NCBI GenBank assembly: GCA_903953055.1
Contig: CAJBIA010000114.1
Location: forward strand, 7,165-71,164
Source of the DNA: an uncultured Methylophilaceae bacterium
Lineage (GTDB): Bacteria > Pseudomonadota > Gammaproteobacteria > Burkholderiales > Methylophilaceae
DNA: 64,000 bases
Reading direction: 5' to 3'
Part shown: positions 11,891 to 22,430 of the stretch, one piece after another
Position numbering within the stretch: the first letter of the stretch is position 1
Layout of the letters: each line of letters opens with the position of its first letter
Translations under genes and position numbers: made by a program
The notes under the pieces: model-generated
Seen by the model: only the letters and a program-made list of their open reading frames with translations
What the model was told of the DNA's origin: nothing
Database searches by the model: none

Positions 11891-12657
11891 GGTGTTGCTC
11901 GTTTAAATAATGTAAAAAAGTTTAGCGTACTTGTATTGGCTAGTTCATCGATCGAAATATTTCTTAGTCTGGCCACTTCCTCAGCAACATGTTTAACGTA
12001 AGCAGGTTGATTGGTCTTGCCTCTAAATGGAATAGGGGCAAGATAAGGTGAGTCCGTCTCAACCAGAATGCGATCTAATGGAACGTGCCGGGCAACTTCT
12101 TTTAAAGCGCTTGCATTTTTGAAGGTAACAATCCCAGAGAATGAGATATAAAAACCCATTTCAATGGCACGCATTGCCACATCAAGTGTTTCTGTAAAGC
12201 AGTGCATGACACCTCCGACTTCGGAGGCATTCTCTTCTTCCATGATTCGAAGGGTGTCTTCTGCTGAAGCACGCGTATGAATAATTAAGGGAAGTTTTGC
12301 TTTTATAGCGGCGCGAATGTGCGTGCGAAATCTCTCTCGTTGCCAATCTAAGTTGCCAGTCAGTCTAAAATAATCCAACCCTGTCTCACCTATTGCTACC
12401 ACTTTTGGGTGTTGTGCGAGATCGAATAAGGTATCGCTACTAAAAGGTGGTTCGCTTTCATAATCGGGATGCACGCCAACAGATGCAAAAAAATTAGGGT
12501 ATTTGTCAGCGAGCGCTAGGACCTGGGGGAAATCTTTCAATGTGACAGAAATACAAAGTGCGTGCCCTACCCCATTTTCAGTCATGGCTAGACGAATATC
12601 TTCGATATTCGTTGCTAGCTCCGGGAAGTTTAAGTGGCAGTGTGAATCTACAAGCAT
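11881..12657 (-). CDS. tatD: TatD family deoxyribonuclease (YcfH-like)
   Basis: DSHCHL, GVHP, IGETGLDY, HCF, ETDSPY. Confidence 0.95.
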   Translation of the reverse strand: MLVDSHCHLNFPELATNIEDIRLAMTENGVGHALCISVTLKDFPQVLALADKYPNFFASVGVHPDYESEPPFSSDTLFDLAQHPKVVAIGETGLDYFRLTGNLDWQRERFRTHIRAAIKAKLPLIIHTRASAEDTLRIMEEENASEVGGVMHCFTETLDVAMRAIEMGFYISFSGIVTFKNASALKEVARHVPLDRILVETDSPYLAPIPFRGKTNQPAYVKHVAEEVARLRNISIDELANTSTLNFFTLFKRATPCN

Positions 12658-12667
12658 GGCGCAAAGT

Positions 12668-13672
12668 TCATTTGAATATATGGGTGTAATGTAAAAATAT
12701 GCGCTCTAGTTGCAGCTCATTATTTAATGGGTGATTTGCACTTTTCTTGGCGTCACCAAGCATTTTTAGAAAATCTAAAAGCTGAGATAAATTGAGATGC
12801 TGAACCAACTTTTTAACGGCGCCCTCTTGGCTTTGATGATATCTCACTTCTTGCGTGAAATGACAAAGAAGAAGGTCATAAGACCATTTTTGTAAGGAGG
12901 CAATGGCATTCTCCATGCCCAGCACCAAACATACGGAGGATAGTTGAAATATGTCTGATTTGGCCCCGGAAGATAATAGTTTGCAGACCTCCATAGACGC
13001 AAAAACACCCTCTTCGGCTTCGTCTATCGCCATTATTGGGGAGCCCCCAGCGTAACTCAACAATGTTTCTGAGCTCTGAATGCCCGCATGTTTCATCCAA
13101 GCTAGCGCATCTTCACTCGATGGTACCGGCATGTCAATTTTTTGGCAGCGGCTCATAATAGTTGGTAGAATTTTATGCGCTTGATGAGCAATCAGAATAA
13201 AGACGACGTTTGGAGGCGGCTCTTCGAGCATTTTCAATAAGGCGTTTGCTGCTGAAGCGTTGAGGCCTTCAGCTGGATGGATGAGCGCAATTCGAAGCCC
13301 ATCACTCTTATGACTTGATAGGCTCAAGAAGTCGCTTAAACCTCTGACCTGGTCAATGACAATCTGCGTTCTCTTTTTAGTGCTTTTCGTGCCGCCATCA
13401 TCATCCTTGCTCGTATCTTGTTCTGGTGAAATGAAACGAAAATCAGGATGATTGTCTTGTTCAAACCACCCACAACTCGGACATACGCCACAAGCTTGTT
13501 GGTCTGAATTTAATTGCTCACAAAGCAATGCTCGGCAAAAGGAGATTGCAAAATCCAGTTTCCCTATGCCTCTTTGACCCCTTAGTAATAATGCATGCGG
13601 CAAGCGCTTTTTGTCGGACATTAAACGTTGCCAGACGGATGCTTGCCAAGGGTAGATTTCCTTAATTATCAT
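12668..13672 (-). CDS. holB: DNA polymerase III subunit delta-prime
   Basis: YPWQ, HALLLxGxxGIGK, Zn motif [26 protein letters not shown]. Confidence 0.95.
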   Translation of the reverse strand: MIIKEIYPWQASVWQRLMSDKKRLPHALLLRGQRGIGKLDFAISFCRALLCEQLNSDQQACGVCPSCGWFEQDNHPDFRFISPEQDTSKDDDGGTKSTKKRTQIVIDQVRGLSDFLSLSSHKSDGLRIALIHPAEGLNASAANALLKMLEEPPPNVVFILIAHQAHKILPTIMSRCQKIDMPVPSSEDALAWMKHAGIQSSETLLSYAGGSPIMAIDEAEEGVFASMEVCKLLSSGAKSDIFQLSSVCLVLGMENAIASLQKWSYDLLLCHFTQEVRYHQSQEGAVKKLVQHLNLSQLLDFLKMLGDAKKSANHPLNNELQLERIFLHYTHIFK

Positions 13673-14274
13673 AAGGTTGAAATTACCTTATTAACTTCTA
13701 CCTTAACATTATCCAAGGCTTGATTTGAATTGATAATGCAGAAGCGATTTGGATTCTTATTTGCTCTACCGAGATAGGCATTTCGAATTTTCGTAAAAAA
13801 CTCTGCGGACTCACGCTCAAATTTATCGGGTGTTCTAGCACTCGCTAAGCGCGCCAAACTAACTTCTACAGGTACATCAAATAGTAATGTTAAATCAGGC
13901 TGCAAGCTACCTTGCACCCAAATCTCTAATTCAATTACTTTTTTCGCTAATACGTCTCGGCCGCCGCTCTGATAAGCATAAGTTGCATCAGTAAATCTGT
14001 CTGAAAGCACCCAAGCACCTCTCGCCAAGGCTGGCTCAATAACTTTGGCGATGTGCTCTCTTCTCGCTGCAAACATTAACAATGTTTCAGTTTCTGGGTG
14101 CATTGGCTCATTGAGGAGTAACGTTCTTAATTGTTCACCAAGCTCAGTTCCCCCTGGCTCACGAGTTGAAACCACCTCCACACCTTTGCTTTTAAGCAAA
14201 TTTATAATGTCTGGAATATGCGTGCTTTTGCCAGCACCATCCATGCCCTCTAATGTAATGAATTTACCGCGCAC
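13669..14274 (-). CDS. tmk: Thymidylate kinase
   Basis: [22 protein letters not shown]. Confidence 0.97.
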   Translation of the reverse strand: MRGKFITLEGMDGAGKSTHIPDIINLLKSKGVEVVSTREPGGTELGEQLRTLLLNEPMHPETETLLMFAARREHIAKVIEPALARGAWVLSDRFTDATYAYQSGGRDVLAKKVIELEIWVQGSLQPDLTLLFDVPVEVSLARLASARTPDKFERESAEFFTKIRNAYLGRANKNPNRFCIINSNQALDNVKVEVNKVISTL

Positions 14275-15268
14275 GTTTTCCGCCTAATTGATACTTGATA
14301 ACTGCATTATTATGCTCTGCAAGACTTGCGGAGAAGTGATGGGTGCCGTCCCCCTTGCCTACAAAATAAAGCGCTTTAGTCTGCGCTGGATGCAATACTG
14401 CGTTGATTGCGCCTAAGCCAGGCATCGCAATGGGCGTTGGAGGCAATCCATCCCGTGTATAAGTATTATAGGCGGTATCATTCACTAAATCCTTTTTGTG
14501 AATGTTGCCATCAAATCGCTCCCCCAAACCATAAATCACCGTTGGGTCTGTTTGTAGTCGCATACCTATTTTTAAGCGATTGATAAACACACCAGCGATT
14601 TGAGATCGCTCAGATGCGCTTCCTGTTTCCTTTTCAACGATGGAAGCCATAATGAGTGCTTCGTAAGGGGTCTTGTAAGGCAAGCCCTCCGATTTACCAA
14701 TCCACGCGCTTTTTAACTTACCTTGCATGGTCGAATAAGATCGCTTTAGGATATCTCTGTCGCTCGTGTTCGGACTAAAAAAATAGGTGTCTGGGAAAAA
14801 CAAACCTTCTGGCATTGTTTCTGTTGCGCCAATCTCTTTAAGGATTTGCTGATCGGTTTCACTCATGGCCATATGCTTCACTTTTTCTGAAGTGTTCAAT
14901 TCTTCACGCATTTGTGCAAAGGTCCACCCCTCAATAAATGTAATGCTTGCCTGGGTGCTGGCACCTGAAGTCATCATATCTAACAACTCTAGGGGCGTGA
15001 TGCCGCTTTTTACCTCGTATATGCCAGCTTTTACATCTGATGCTACGCCTATGCTTCTCGCAAGCATTTCAAAGCTCACAGGGTCTTGTATGATGCTCTG
15101 CTGAACAAGTTGGCGTGTAACTCCTCTGAAGCGGCTTCCAGCTTCAATATCAAAGCTTTCAGTTTCCGTTTTGAGATGAATCCCCGAATTGGCGAAGTAA
15201 ATTAGCCAAGCTATTGCTAGGCCAAAACAAAGCAAGCTTATTTTGATCATTTTTATGATTGATCGCAT
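14264..15268 (-). CDS. mltG: Endolytic murein transglycosylase
   Basis: [17 protein letters not shown], [14 protein letters not shown], GLPPTPI. Confidence 0.96.
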   Translation of the reverse strand: MRSIIKMIKISLLCFGLAIAWLIYFANSGIHLKTETESFDIEAGSRFRGVTRQLVQQSIIQDPVSFEMLARSIGVASDVKAGIYEVKSGITPLELLDMMTSGASTQASITFIEGWTFAQMREELNTSEKVKHMAMSETDQQILKEIGATETMPEGLFFPDTYFFSPNTSDRDILKRSYSTMQGKLKSAWIGKSEGLPYKTPYEALIMASIVEKETGSASERSQIAGVFINRLKIGMRLQTDPTVIYGLGERFDGNIHKKDLVNDTAYNTYTRDGLPPTPIAMPGLGAINAVLHPAQTKALYFVGKGDGTHHFSASLAEHNNAVIKYQLGGKRAR

Positions 15269-15269
15269 G

Positions 15270-16097
15270 TTAATTTAGTAGCATTTCACGCAACTGAGCA
15301 TCCAGGCCTTGTTTAGGCCATTGTTTGCCATTCAACTCAACAACTTGCCATGCGCCAAACAGGCTGTTGCAAATAATGATTTCATGGGCCTGCATGAGCT
15401 TGTCAAGTTTCAATGCTTCAATCTTAACGGCGAGATTAAAACGGGTAGCATTTTCGATGATGCGAGCTCGAGCGATACCAGCAACTCCGCATTGATCGAG
15501 CGATGGCGTGATAAGCTCATTGCCAAATCTCGCGATAATATTGCTCATAGTGCATTCAATCACATTATCGTTGCTGTCCATCAACAAGCCATCTGCAATA
15601 TTGGCGTCGCTCCATTCCATGCGAGCCAATACATTTTCTAATCGGTTAAGATGCTTAATGCCTGCCAATTTTTTTTGTTGGCTTAGCTTTAGTTCACACA
15701 GGTGAAGTTTAACGCCCTGCGTTTGATTAATTGAAGGATAGACTGGCATTGCTGATTTAATGACGATTCTGTTGGTTTGAATCTTGTCAGAGAAAGCGTA
15801 GCCACGGCTTCCTTCCCCGCGAGTCACGATGATTTTAGCAACGGCATCTGCCCCGTCATCAAACATGATTTGAAGGTCTTTCAATAAGTCTTTATTACTG
15901 GGGCATGTTATGCCTAGCGCTTGGCAATCCTGAGAGAGTTTCTGATACTGCAAGGTCCAATGTTGAGCAACGCCGTTTTTAACAAGAAATGTGCGAAAAA
16001 CACCGTCTCCATAAGACAGCCCACGGTCATTGATGGATATACCTGATGAGGGCATGCCATTGATTAGGTATTGATTATTTTTAGCTTCTAGATTCAT
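15270..16097 (-). CDS. pabC: Aminodeoxychorismate lyase
   Basis: DRGLSYGDGVF, GIKHLNRLENV; fabF-pabC-mltG synteny. Confidence 0.93.
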   Translation of the reverse strand: MNLEAKNNQYLINGMPSSGISINDRGLSYGDGVFRTFLVKNGVAQHWTLQYQKLSQDCQALGITCPSNKDLLKDLQIMFDDGADAVAKIIVTRGEGSRGYAFSDKIQTNRIVIKSAMPVYPSINQTQGVKLHLCELKLSQQKKLAGIKHLNRLENVLARMEWSDANIADGLLMDSNDNVIECTMSNIIARFGNELITPSLDQCGVAGIARARIIENATRFNLAVKIEALKLDKLMQAHEIIICNSLFGAWQVVELNGKQWPKQGLDAQLREMLLN

Positions 16098-16187
16098 GCT
16101 ATTCAGATTGTTCGTCTTTTAGTGCATTCTCATGTTAAGAAAACAGCCTAAAGCATGATTTTAGATCACGAAAGATTGATATACCGC

Positions 16188-17438
16188 TTAAATCTTTCGA
16201 AATACAAGTGATCCGTTTGTGCCACCAAACCCGAAGTTATTTTTTAGCGCAACATCGATTTTCATATCACGCGCTGTGTTTGCGCAGAAATCCAGGTCAC
16301 ACTCTGGATCTTGATTAAAAATATTGATCGTTGGAGGGGATATTTGGTTGTAGATAGAAAGTACTGTAAATACTGACTCCAAACCGCCTGCGCCACCCAA
16401 TAAATGCCCTGTCATTGACTTGGTCGAGTTAACAACGATTTTCTTTGCATGGTCGCCAAATGCTGCTTTAATCGCATTGGTTTCGTTCGCATCACCTAAT
16501 GGTGTTGAAGTGCCGTGCGCATTCACAAATTGAACTTGGTCAGGATTTATGCCTGCATTGTTCATTGCATTACGCATAGAACGGCGTGGACCATCCATGT
16601 TTGGTGCGGTCATGTGATATGCATCAGCACTCATGCCGTAGCCAATCAGTTCAGCGTAGATTTTAGCGCCACGTTTTTTAGCTGACTCATACTCTTCAAT
16701 TACCATGACGCCAGCACCTTCGCCAATCACGAACCCATCACGGTCTTTATCCCAAGGGCGACTTGCAGTTGCAGGATCATCATTGCGACTTGATAAAGCA
16801 CGCGCTGAAGCAAAGCCTGCTACTGAAAGTTCAGTAATAGCTGCTTCGGCACCACCTGCGACCATTACATCAGCATCACCGTATTCAATCATGCGGGCAG
16901 CATCACCAATGGAGTGAGTGCCAGTTGTACAAGCAGTTACTATCGATACGTTCGGACCTTTAAAGCCGAACATGATGGATAGATTACCAGAAATCATATT
17001 GATAATTGTGCCAGGAATGAAGAATGGCGACACCTTGCGTGGGCCACCTTCATCATAAGTGTCATTCGTTTGTTCAATTAAACCAAGCCCACCAATGCCT
17101 GAGCCAATAGATACACCGATACGCTCCGCATTTTCTTCAGTCGCTTCAATGCCTGAGTCTTTTACCGCTTCAATGGCAGCCGCTAGGCCGTACTGGATAA
17201 AAGTATCCATGCGACGCGCTTCCTTTGCCGGAAGGTATTGCGACACATCAAAGTCTTTTACCTCACCCGCAACTTGAGATGAGAAATTACTAGGATCAAA
17301 TTTAGTGATTCTTGTAATGCCAGATTTGCCAGCAATAAGATTAGACCAAGCAGGTTGCACACCAATACCAACTGGTGATACAACCCCTAAACCTGTTACA
17401 ACGACGCGTCGTTTAGACGCGTTAATTGGCTTGGACAA
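16188..17438 (-). CDS. fabF: 3-oxoacyl-ACP synthase II
   Basis: [29 protein letters not shown]. Confidence 0.97.
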   Translation of the reverse strand: MSKPINASKRRVVVTGLGVVSPVGIGVQPAWSNLIAGKSGITRITKFDPSNFSSQVAGEVKDFDVSQYLPAKEARRMDTFIQYGLAAAIEAVKDSGIEATEENAERIGVSIGSGIGGLGLIEQTNDTYDEGGPRKVSPFFIPGTIINMISGNLSIMFGFKGPNVSIVTACTTGTHSIGDAARMIEYGDADVMVAGGAEAAITELSVAGFASARALSSRNDDPATASRPWDKDRDGFVIGEGAGVMVIEEYESAKKRGAKIYAELIGYGMSADAYHMTAPNMDGPRRSMRNAMNNAGINPDQVQFVNAHGTSTPLGDANETNAIKAAFGDHAKKIVVNSTKSMTGHLLGGAGGLESVFTVLSIYNQISPPTINIFNQDPECDLDFCANTARDMKIDVALKNNFGFGGTNGSLVFRKI

Positions 17439-17468
17439 AGCGACTCCAAGAAATAATGAGAAGTTTAA

Positions 17469-17705
17469 TTACTTAAGATTAGCTGTGACGTAGTCAATAG
17501 CTTGTTGAACTGTTGTGATTTTTTCAGCTTCTTCGTCAGGAATTTCGCAGTCAAACTCTTCTTCAAGAGCCATCACCAATTCAACTGTATCTAGAGAGTC
17601 AGCGCCCAAATCATCAACGAATGAAGATGCATTTTTTACATCTGCTTCATTAGCACCAAGTTGTTCGATTACAATTTTTTTAACGCGTTGTTCGATGTCA
17701 GACAT
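17469..17705 (-). CDS. acpP: Acyl carrier protein
   Basis: [20 protein letters not shown]. Confidence 0.99.
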   Translation of the reverse strand: MSDIEQRVKKIVIEQLGANEADVKNASSFVDDLGADSLDTVELVMALEEEFDCEIPDEEAEKITTVQQAIDYVTANLK

Positions 17706-17751
17706 CTAAATCCCCTTTTTTATTTAAATTTACTGCTACAAAACTCACGAC

Positions 17752-17780
17752 ATTCTAACAAAAAGCGTGAGGAATTCAAA
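17752..17780 (-). promoter_or_regulatory. Probable internal promoter for acpP
   Basis: Minus strand TTGAAT, 16 bp spacer, extended -10 TGtTAGAAT. Confidence 0.5.
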
Positions 17781-17800
17781 AAACTAAATTATTAATGACA

Positions 17801-18541
17801 TTATGCCATGTACATTCCGCCATTCACGTGCAAGGTTTCTCCAGTGATATAGGCTGCAGACGGAGAAGCTAAAAATGCTACAGCTGCTGCAATATCGCTG
17901 TCTTGGCCTAGCTTTGCTAATGGAATGTGTTTTAAAAGCGCTTGTTTATGTTCGTCGGGCAATGCGCGCGTCATGTCAGTATCTATAAATCCTGGCGCAA
18001 CACAGTTCACCGTGATGTTACGGCTACCAACTTCGCTTGCTAATGACTTTGTAAAGCCGGACATCCCGGCTTTAGCCGCTGCATAGTTGGTTTGACCAGC
18101 GTTGCCCATATGACCAACCACGGATGAAATGCTAATGATGCGGCCTGTTCTCGCCTTCATCATCGGACGTAAAACGGCTTTAGACATTCGGTAGACAGAG
18201 CTCAGATTGGTTGAGATTACAGCATCCCAGTCGCTATCTTCCATGCGCATCAACAATGTATCCTTGGTAATACCTGCGTTGTTGACAAGAATACTAACGT
18301 CACCAAATTGTTCTGAAATCGTCTTTAGTGTAGCTTGAATTTGATCATTATCGTTCACATCTAGGGATAAGCCGCAACCTTTGATGTCTGCGCCATTTAA
18401 TGCTGCGCTAATTGCATCAGCGCCATTTTGCGTGGTTGCTGTGCCGATAACAACGGCCCCCTTCCTTCCTAATTCTTGAGCAATTGCAGCGCCAATGCCA
18501 CGGCTAGCGCCTGTAACTAATGCAATTTGACCTTGTAACAT
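17801..18541 (-). CDS. fabG: 3-oxoacyl-ACP reductase
   Basis: TGASRGIG, NNAG, YAAAK. Start set at ATG 18541, downstream of an AAGGGG ribosome binding site. Confidence 0.97.
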   Translation of the reverse strand: MLQGQIALVTGASRGIGAAIAQELGRKGAVVIGTATTQNGADAISAALNGADIKGCGLSLDVNDNDQIQATLKTISEQFGDVSILVNNAGITKDTLLMRMEDSDWDAVISTNLSSVYRMSKAVLRPMMKARTGRIISISSVVGHMGNAGQTNYAAAKAGMSGFTKSLASEVGSRNITVNCVAPGFIDTDMTRALPDEHKQALLKHIPLAKLGQDSDIAAAVAFLASPSAAYITGETLHVNGGMYMA

Positions 18542-18557
18542 TTTCATCCCCTTAGGT

Positions 18558-19490
18558 TTATTCTGTGGTGAATTGTGCTTGCGCTTCAGTGAGAGACTCA
18601 ACGTTGATTAAGGCTATACAAGGTAGTTCAGCTACAATACGCTTAGTGAGTCCGGCTAGGACTTTACCAGGACCACACTCTGCTGATGCCTTAATGTCTT
18701 GGTTGTAAACACTTTGCACAGTTTCTACCCATCTTACTGGGCTATAAAGTTGGCGCACCAAAGCATCTTTTATATTATTTACGTCATTATAAGCAATAAC
18801 ATCTGCGTTATGAATCACAGGAATGCAAGATGCTGCCATTGATACATTTTTTAAATAGTCAGCTAAAGCCTCAGCAGCTGGCTTCATTAAAGCACAATGG
18901 GATGGAACGCTCACAGGCAGTGCCAGTGCGCGCTTTGCGCCTTTCGATTTTGCGATTTCCATACCGCGTTCAACTGCGGCTTTATTACCTGCAATCACTA
19001 CTTGGCCTGGTGAATTAAGATTCACCGCTTCTAATACTTCTCCTTGAGCGCCTTCCGCGCATACTTGGCGGACTATTTCATCATCAAGGCCCAGGATAGC
19101 CGCCATTGCACCGACCCCTTCAGCAACCGCACTTTGCATCACTTCTGCTCGATAGCGAACGAGTGGAAGTGCATCTTTGAAAGCTAATGCTCCCGCAGCT
19201 ACGAGTGCTGTGTATTCACCCAGGCTATGACCTGCCATGATTGCTGGAGTAAGAACGGAATTTTCTTGCCAGGCACGCCATGTTGCCACGCCTGCAGTCA
19301 GCATTAATGGTTGTGTGTTCGTTGTTTGGTTTATGGTTTCATTAGGCTCTGTCGCCATAGCCCAAAAATCTTGTCCCAACAATTGAGAAGCTTCATCAAA
19401 TGTTTGTCGTACCACTGTGCTATCAGCCAAGCCTTGCATCATGCCGACCGATTGTGAACCTTGTCCTGGAAAGAAAAAAGCAAATTTCAT
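18558..19490 (-). CDS. fabD: Malonyl-CoA-ACP transacylase
   Basis: FPGQGSQ, GHSLGEY, VSVPSH. Confidence 0.98.
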   Translation of the reverse strand: MKFAFFFPGQGSQSVGMMQGLADSTVVRQTFDEASQLLGQDFWAMATEPNETINQTTNTQPLMLTAGVATWRAWQENSVLTPAIMAGHSLGEYTALVAAGALAFKDALPLVRYRAEVMQSAVAEGVGAMAAILGLDDEIVRQVCAEGAQGEVLEAVNLNSPGQVVIAGNKAAVERGMEIAKSKGAKRALALPVSVPSHCALMKPAAEALADYLKNVSMAASCIPVIHNADVIAYNDVNNIKDALVRQLYSPVRWVETVQSVYNQDIKASAECGPGKVLAGLTKRIVAELPCIALINVESLTEAQAQFTTE

Positions 19491-19499
19491 TGAAGCCTC

Positions 19500-20453
19500 T
19501 TAATATTTCATTAATACGGATCCCCAGGTGAACCCACCACCGAAGGCTTCCATTAGAATTATTTCCCCGCGTTTAATACGACCATCACGGACTGCAACAT
19601 CAAGCGCTAATGGAATCGAAGCTGCTGAAGTGTTTCCATGTTTGTCAACGGTTGTCACTACCCTGTCCATACTCATGCCAAGTTTTTTGGCTGTGGACTG
19701 AAGGATTCGAATATTAGCCTGGTGAGGGACCAGCCAATCTATATCTGCTTTTTCGAGCCCATTTGCTATTAATGTGTCATCAACAATGGCGTCTAAAGTG
19801 TTCACAGCCATTTTAAAAACGGCGTTGCCTTCCATGAGGATGGTTTTACTCCCCTCTTGCTTAGAGACGCCTTGAGGAACGGTAAGCATGTCCGCATAAT
19901 TACCGTTTGCATGAAGGTGTGTAGATAAAATGCCCTGTTCATCAGTTGCTTGGAGAATAACAGCACCAGCACCATCGCCCCAAAGAATACAATTGCTTCT
20001 ATCCGTCCAGTCTGTGATGCGTGACATTGCGTCTGCACCAACAACAAGAACACATTTCGCTGCACCAGCTTTAATAAAATTATCTGCAGTTGCTAATGCG
20101 TAAACGAAACCGCTACAAACTGCTTGTAAGTCAAAGGCCGGACAATTCACGATGCCTAATTTTTGTTGCAATAAACAAGCAGTGCTTGGAAAAATTCGAT
20201 CGGGTGTCGTCGTTGCCACTACGATAAGGTCGATAGTTTGGAGGTCGACGCTTGCAGATTCAATGGCTTTTTTAGCTGCTTCAAATGCCATATCGCTTGT
20301 ATGTTCATTTTCCGCAACAATATGACGCTCACGAATGCCTGTGCGACTAAAAATCCATTCGTCAGTCGTATCAATAGTCCGCTCAAGTTCTGCGTTAGTT
20401 AGTATTCTTTCGGGTAAGTAACTTCCAGTGCCCGCAATACGTGAATGCTTCAT
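19500..20453 (-). CDS. fabH: 3-oxoacyl-ACP synthase III
   Basis: AVCSGF, PHQAN, GNTSAAS. Confidence 0.98.
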   Translation of the reverse strand: MKHSRIAGTGSYLPERILTNAELERTIDTTDEWIFSRTGIRERHIVAENEHTSDMAFEAAKKAIESASVDLQTIDLIVVATTTPDRIFPSTACLLQQKLGIVNCPAFDLQAVCSGFVYALATADNFIKAGAAKCVLVVGADAMSRITDWTDRSNCILWGDGAGAVILQATDEQGILSTHLHANGNYADMLTVPQGVSKQEGSKTILMEGNAVFKMAVNTLDAIVDDTLIANGLEKADIDWLVPHQANIRILQSTAKKLGMSMDRVVTTVDKHGNTSAASIPLALDVAVRDGRIKRGEIILMEAFGGGFTWGSVLMKY

Positions 20454-20519
20454 GCAAGAACTTTCAAAAAAGTGTAGTTTTGACAGCGAATAATATTTTC
20501 AAATATATGAGATGACAAG

Positions 20520-21557
20520 TTAATTTGTCGCTGTGTTTGAGGCTTCTGTTTGCGCATGCGCAAGTTCTAATTGCTTTGTAATATGCATTAGTACACCACT
20601 TCTGGCTTCTTCAACAGCTTTGCTGATGGCATGTTTGAATGCAAATGCATCAGCACCGCCATGACTTTTTACAACAATTCCACGTAAACCTAAAAAGCTC
20701 GCCCCGTTATAGCACCTTGGATCCAATCGCTTTTTAAATGAAGATAGTACCGGCATTGAGATTAAAGCCATTAGCTTAGTAATTAGATTCTTTTTGAATT
20801 CTTCTTTCAAAAAACTACCCATCAGATTTGCCAGACCTTCAGATGTTTTTAATGCAACGTTTCCTACAAAGCCATCGCAAACAACTAGGTCTGTTGTGCC
20901 TTTATAGATATCGTCACCTTCAACATTGCCATAAAAGTTTAAATGACTGTATTTAAGTAGTTCAGCTGTTTGCTTAACCACTTCATTTCCTTTGATGTCT
21001 TCGGACCCTATATTTAACAAACCTACCGTTGGGCTAGCTTTGTTCGTTACACATGAAACTAAGACTGAGCCCATAATCGCAAACTGTAATAAGTGTTCAG
21101 GAGTGCAATCAGCATTCGCGCCAAGATCAAGCATGTAAGTCATGCCCATTTTGCTTGGCAAAACACCTGCAATTGCAGGTCGGTCTATTCCAGGGAGTGT
21201 TTTTAAGACAAATCTAGCCGTAGCCATGAGTGCGCCTGTATTACCAGCGCTTACGCAAGCCTGCGCAACGCCGTCTTTTACCAGGTTAATGGCGACGCGC
21301 ATTGATGAGTCTTTTTTGTTTTTGAGTGCGCTCTGAGGTGACTCATCCATCATCACAAGTTCACTTGCGTGATGAATCCACATTCTTGAGTCAGATTTTG
21401 CTTTATTTGCTTGAAGCTCAGCTTCGATATCGTCGCTAAGGCCAACCAATATGATATTTATTTTGCTATCTTGCTTTAAAAGCGCCAAAGCGGCTGGGAT
21501 TGTGACACGAGGGCCGTAATCTCCACCCATAGCATCAATAGCAACGGTTATATCCAT
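20520..21557 (-). CDS. plsX: Phosphate acyltransferase
   Basis: [25 protein letters not shown]. Confidence 0.98.
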   Translation of the reverse strand: MDITVAIDAMGGDYGPRVTIPAALALLKQDSKINIILVGLSDDIEAELQANKAKSDSRMWIHHASELVMMDESPQSALKNKKDSSMRVAINLVKDGVAQACVSAGNTGALMATARFVLKTLPGIDRPAIAGVLPSKMGMTYMLDLGANADCTPEHLLQFAIMGSVLVSCVTNKASPTVGLLNIGSEDIKGNEVVKQTAELLKYSHLNFYGNVEGDDIYKGTTDLVVCDGFVGNVALKTSEGLANLMGSFLKEEFKKNLITKLMALISMPVLSSFKKRLDPRCYNGASFLGLRGIVVKSHGGADAFAFKHAISKAVEEARSGVLMHITKQLELAHAQTEASNTATN

Positions 21558-21630
21558 GCTTTAAATTCAAACACTAAAACAAGCGATGAAATCTTATATG
21601 CAAAGATTTCATGCTCGTTTTAATCACTAA

Positions 21631-21810
21631 TTATTCGCCTTTAGCCGGTAATACTTTACGGCCACGGTAGTAACCGCTTGGGCTAACGTGGTGACGTAAA
21701 TGTACCTCACCTGTTGTTGGCTCAACAGCCAGAGGCGGATTAGTCAAAAAGTCATGTGAGCGATGCATACCACGTTTAGATGGTGATTTCTTGTTTTGTT
21801 GAACAGCCAT
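21631..21810 (-). CDS. rpmF: 50S ribosomal protein L32, Cys-free type (absent from the supplied ORF track)
   Basis: Manual translation [59 protein letters not shown]; AGGAG ribosome binding site. Confidence 0.98.
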   Translation of the reverse strand: MAVQQNKKSPSKRGMHRSHDFLTNPPLAVEPTTGEVHLRHHVSPSGYYRGRKVLPAKGE

Positions 21811-21828
21811 TTCTTACTCCTAAATAAA

Positions 21829-22329
21829 CTAACTTTTTACAACTTTTAAGTCTCGCAATACAGCAAATGAATTCGGGGCTTTTAGCTCACTAACTTCTGC
21901 TTTTACTGCACAATCTTTAATCTCATGCTTTGGTGCAAAAGGGAGCGCTAGCAATATCTCATCTTCTACCAATTGCAAAACATTCATTTCTGCGTCTGCA
22001 ATAATGTAGTCGTGGTCATCAATATCTTCCTCTTCAGAAGGAATTTCAGATTCATCTTTTACCAAGAAAAATTCTGAACTAATGTTTAAAGCAATCATCA
22101 TGGGCTCTAAACATCGCTGACATGGCACACCAACTTTACCCGTAAGGGTTAAATGCAACCTCGCTTTTCCCCCAACATCAATTTCGCCTGTTAGGCGCCA
22201 ATCAAGGCTCTCAGTGTCAGAAGTGAGAGCATCTTTAGCTCTTTGTAATTCTGAGAGCGCTATTGTATCACGAATCTCAAGAGATTTTCTTGTGAATTCA
22301 ATGCTATTGATGATGTGCTGTGCAGTCAT
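21829..22329 (-). CDS. yceD: DUF177 / YceD family protein
   Basis: CQRCL and VEDEILLALP motifs; directly upstream of rpmF. Confidence 0.93.
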   Translation of the reverse strand: MTAQHIINSIEFTRKSLEIRDTIALSELQRAKDALTSDTESLDWRLTGEIDVGGKARLHLTLTGKVGVPCQRCLEPMMIALNISSEFFLVKDESEIPSEEEDIDDHDYIIADAEMNVLQLVEDEILLALPFAPKHEIKDCAVKAEVSELKAPNSFAVLRDLKVVKS

Positions 22330-22367
22330 AAGCCGCGCATGATATAATTAAGACGTGGTTATGTCAA
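22330..22367 (-). promoter_or_regulatory. Sigma70 promoter of the yceD-rpmF-plsX-fab operon
   Basis: TTGACA (22367-22362), 17 bp spacer, TATCAT (22344-22339), discriminator GCGCGGC. Confidence 0.75.
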
Positions 22368-22430
22368 AAAACTAACCGATTTAAACGTTTATTTTTAACA
22401 TCTTTAAACTCTTAACATTCAGGTTCAGTA

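Noticed and set aside
22381-22420. TTAAAC/TTAACA repeats upstream of pycA as a regulator box
   Set aside because: Spacing is irregular in AT-rich sequence, so chance is likely.
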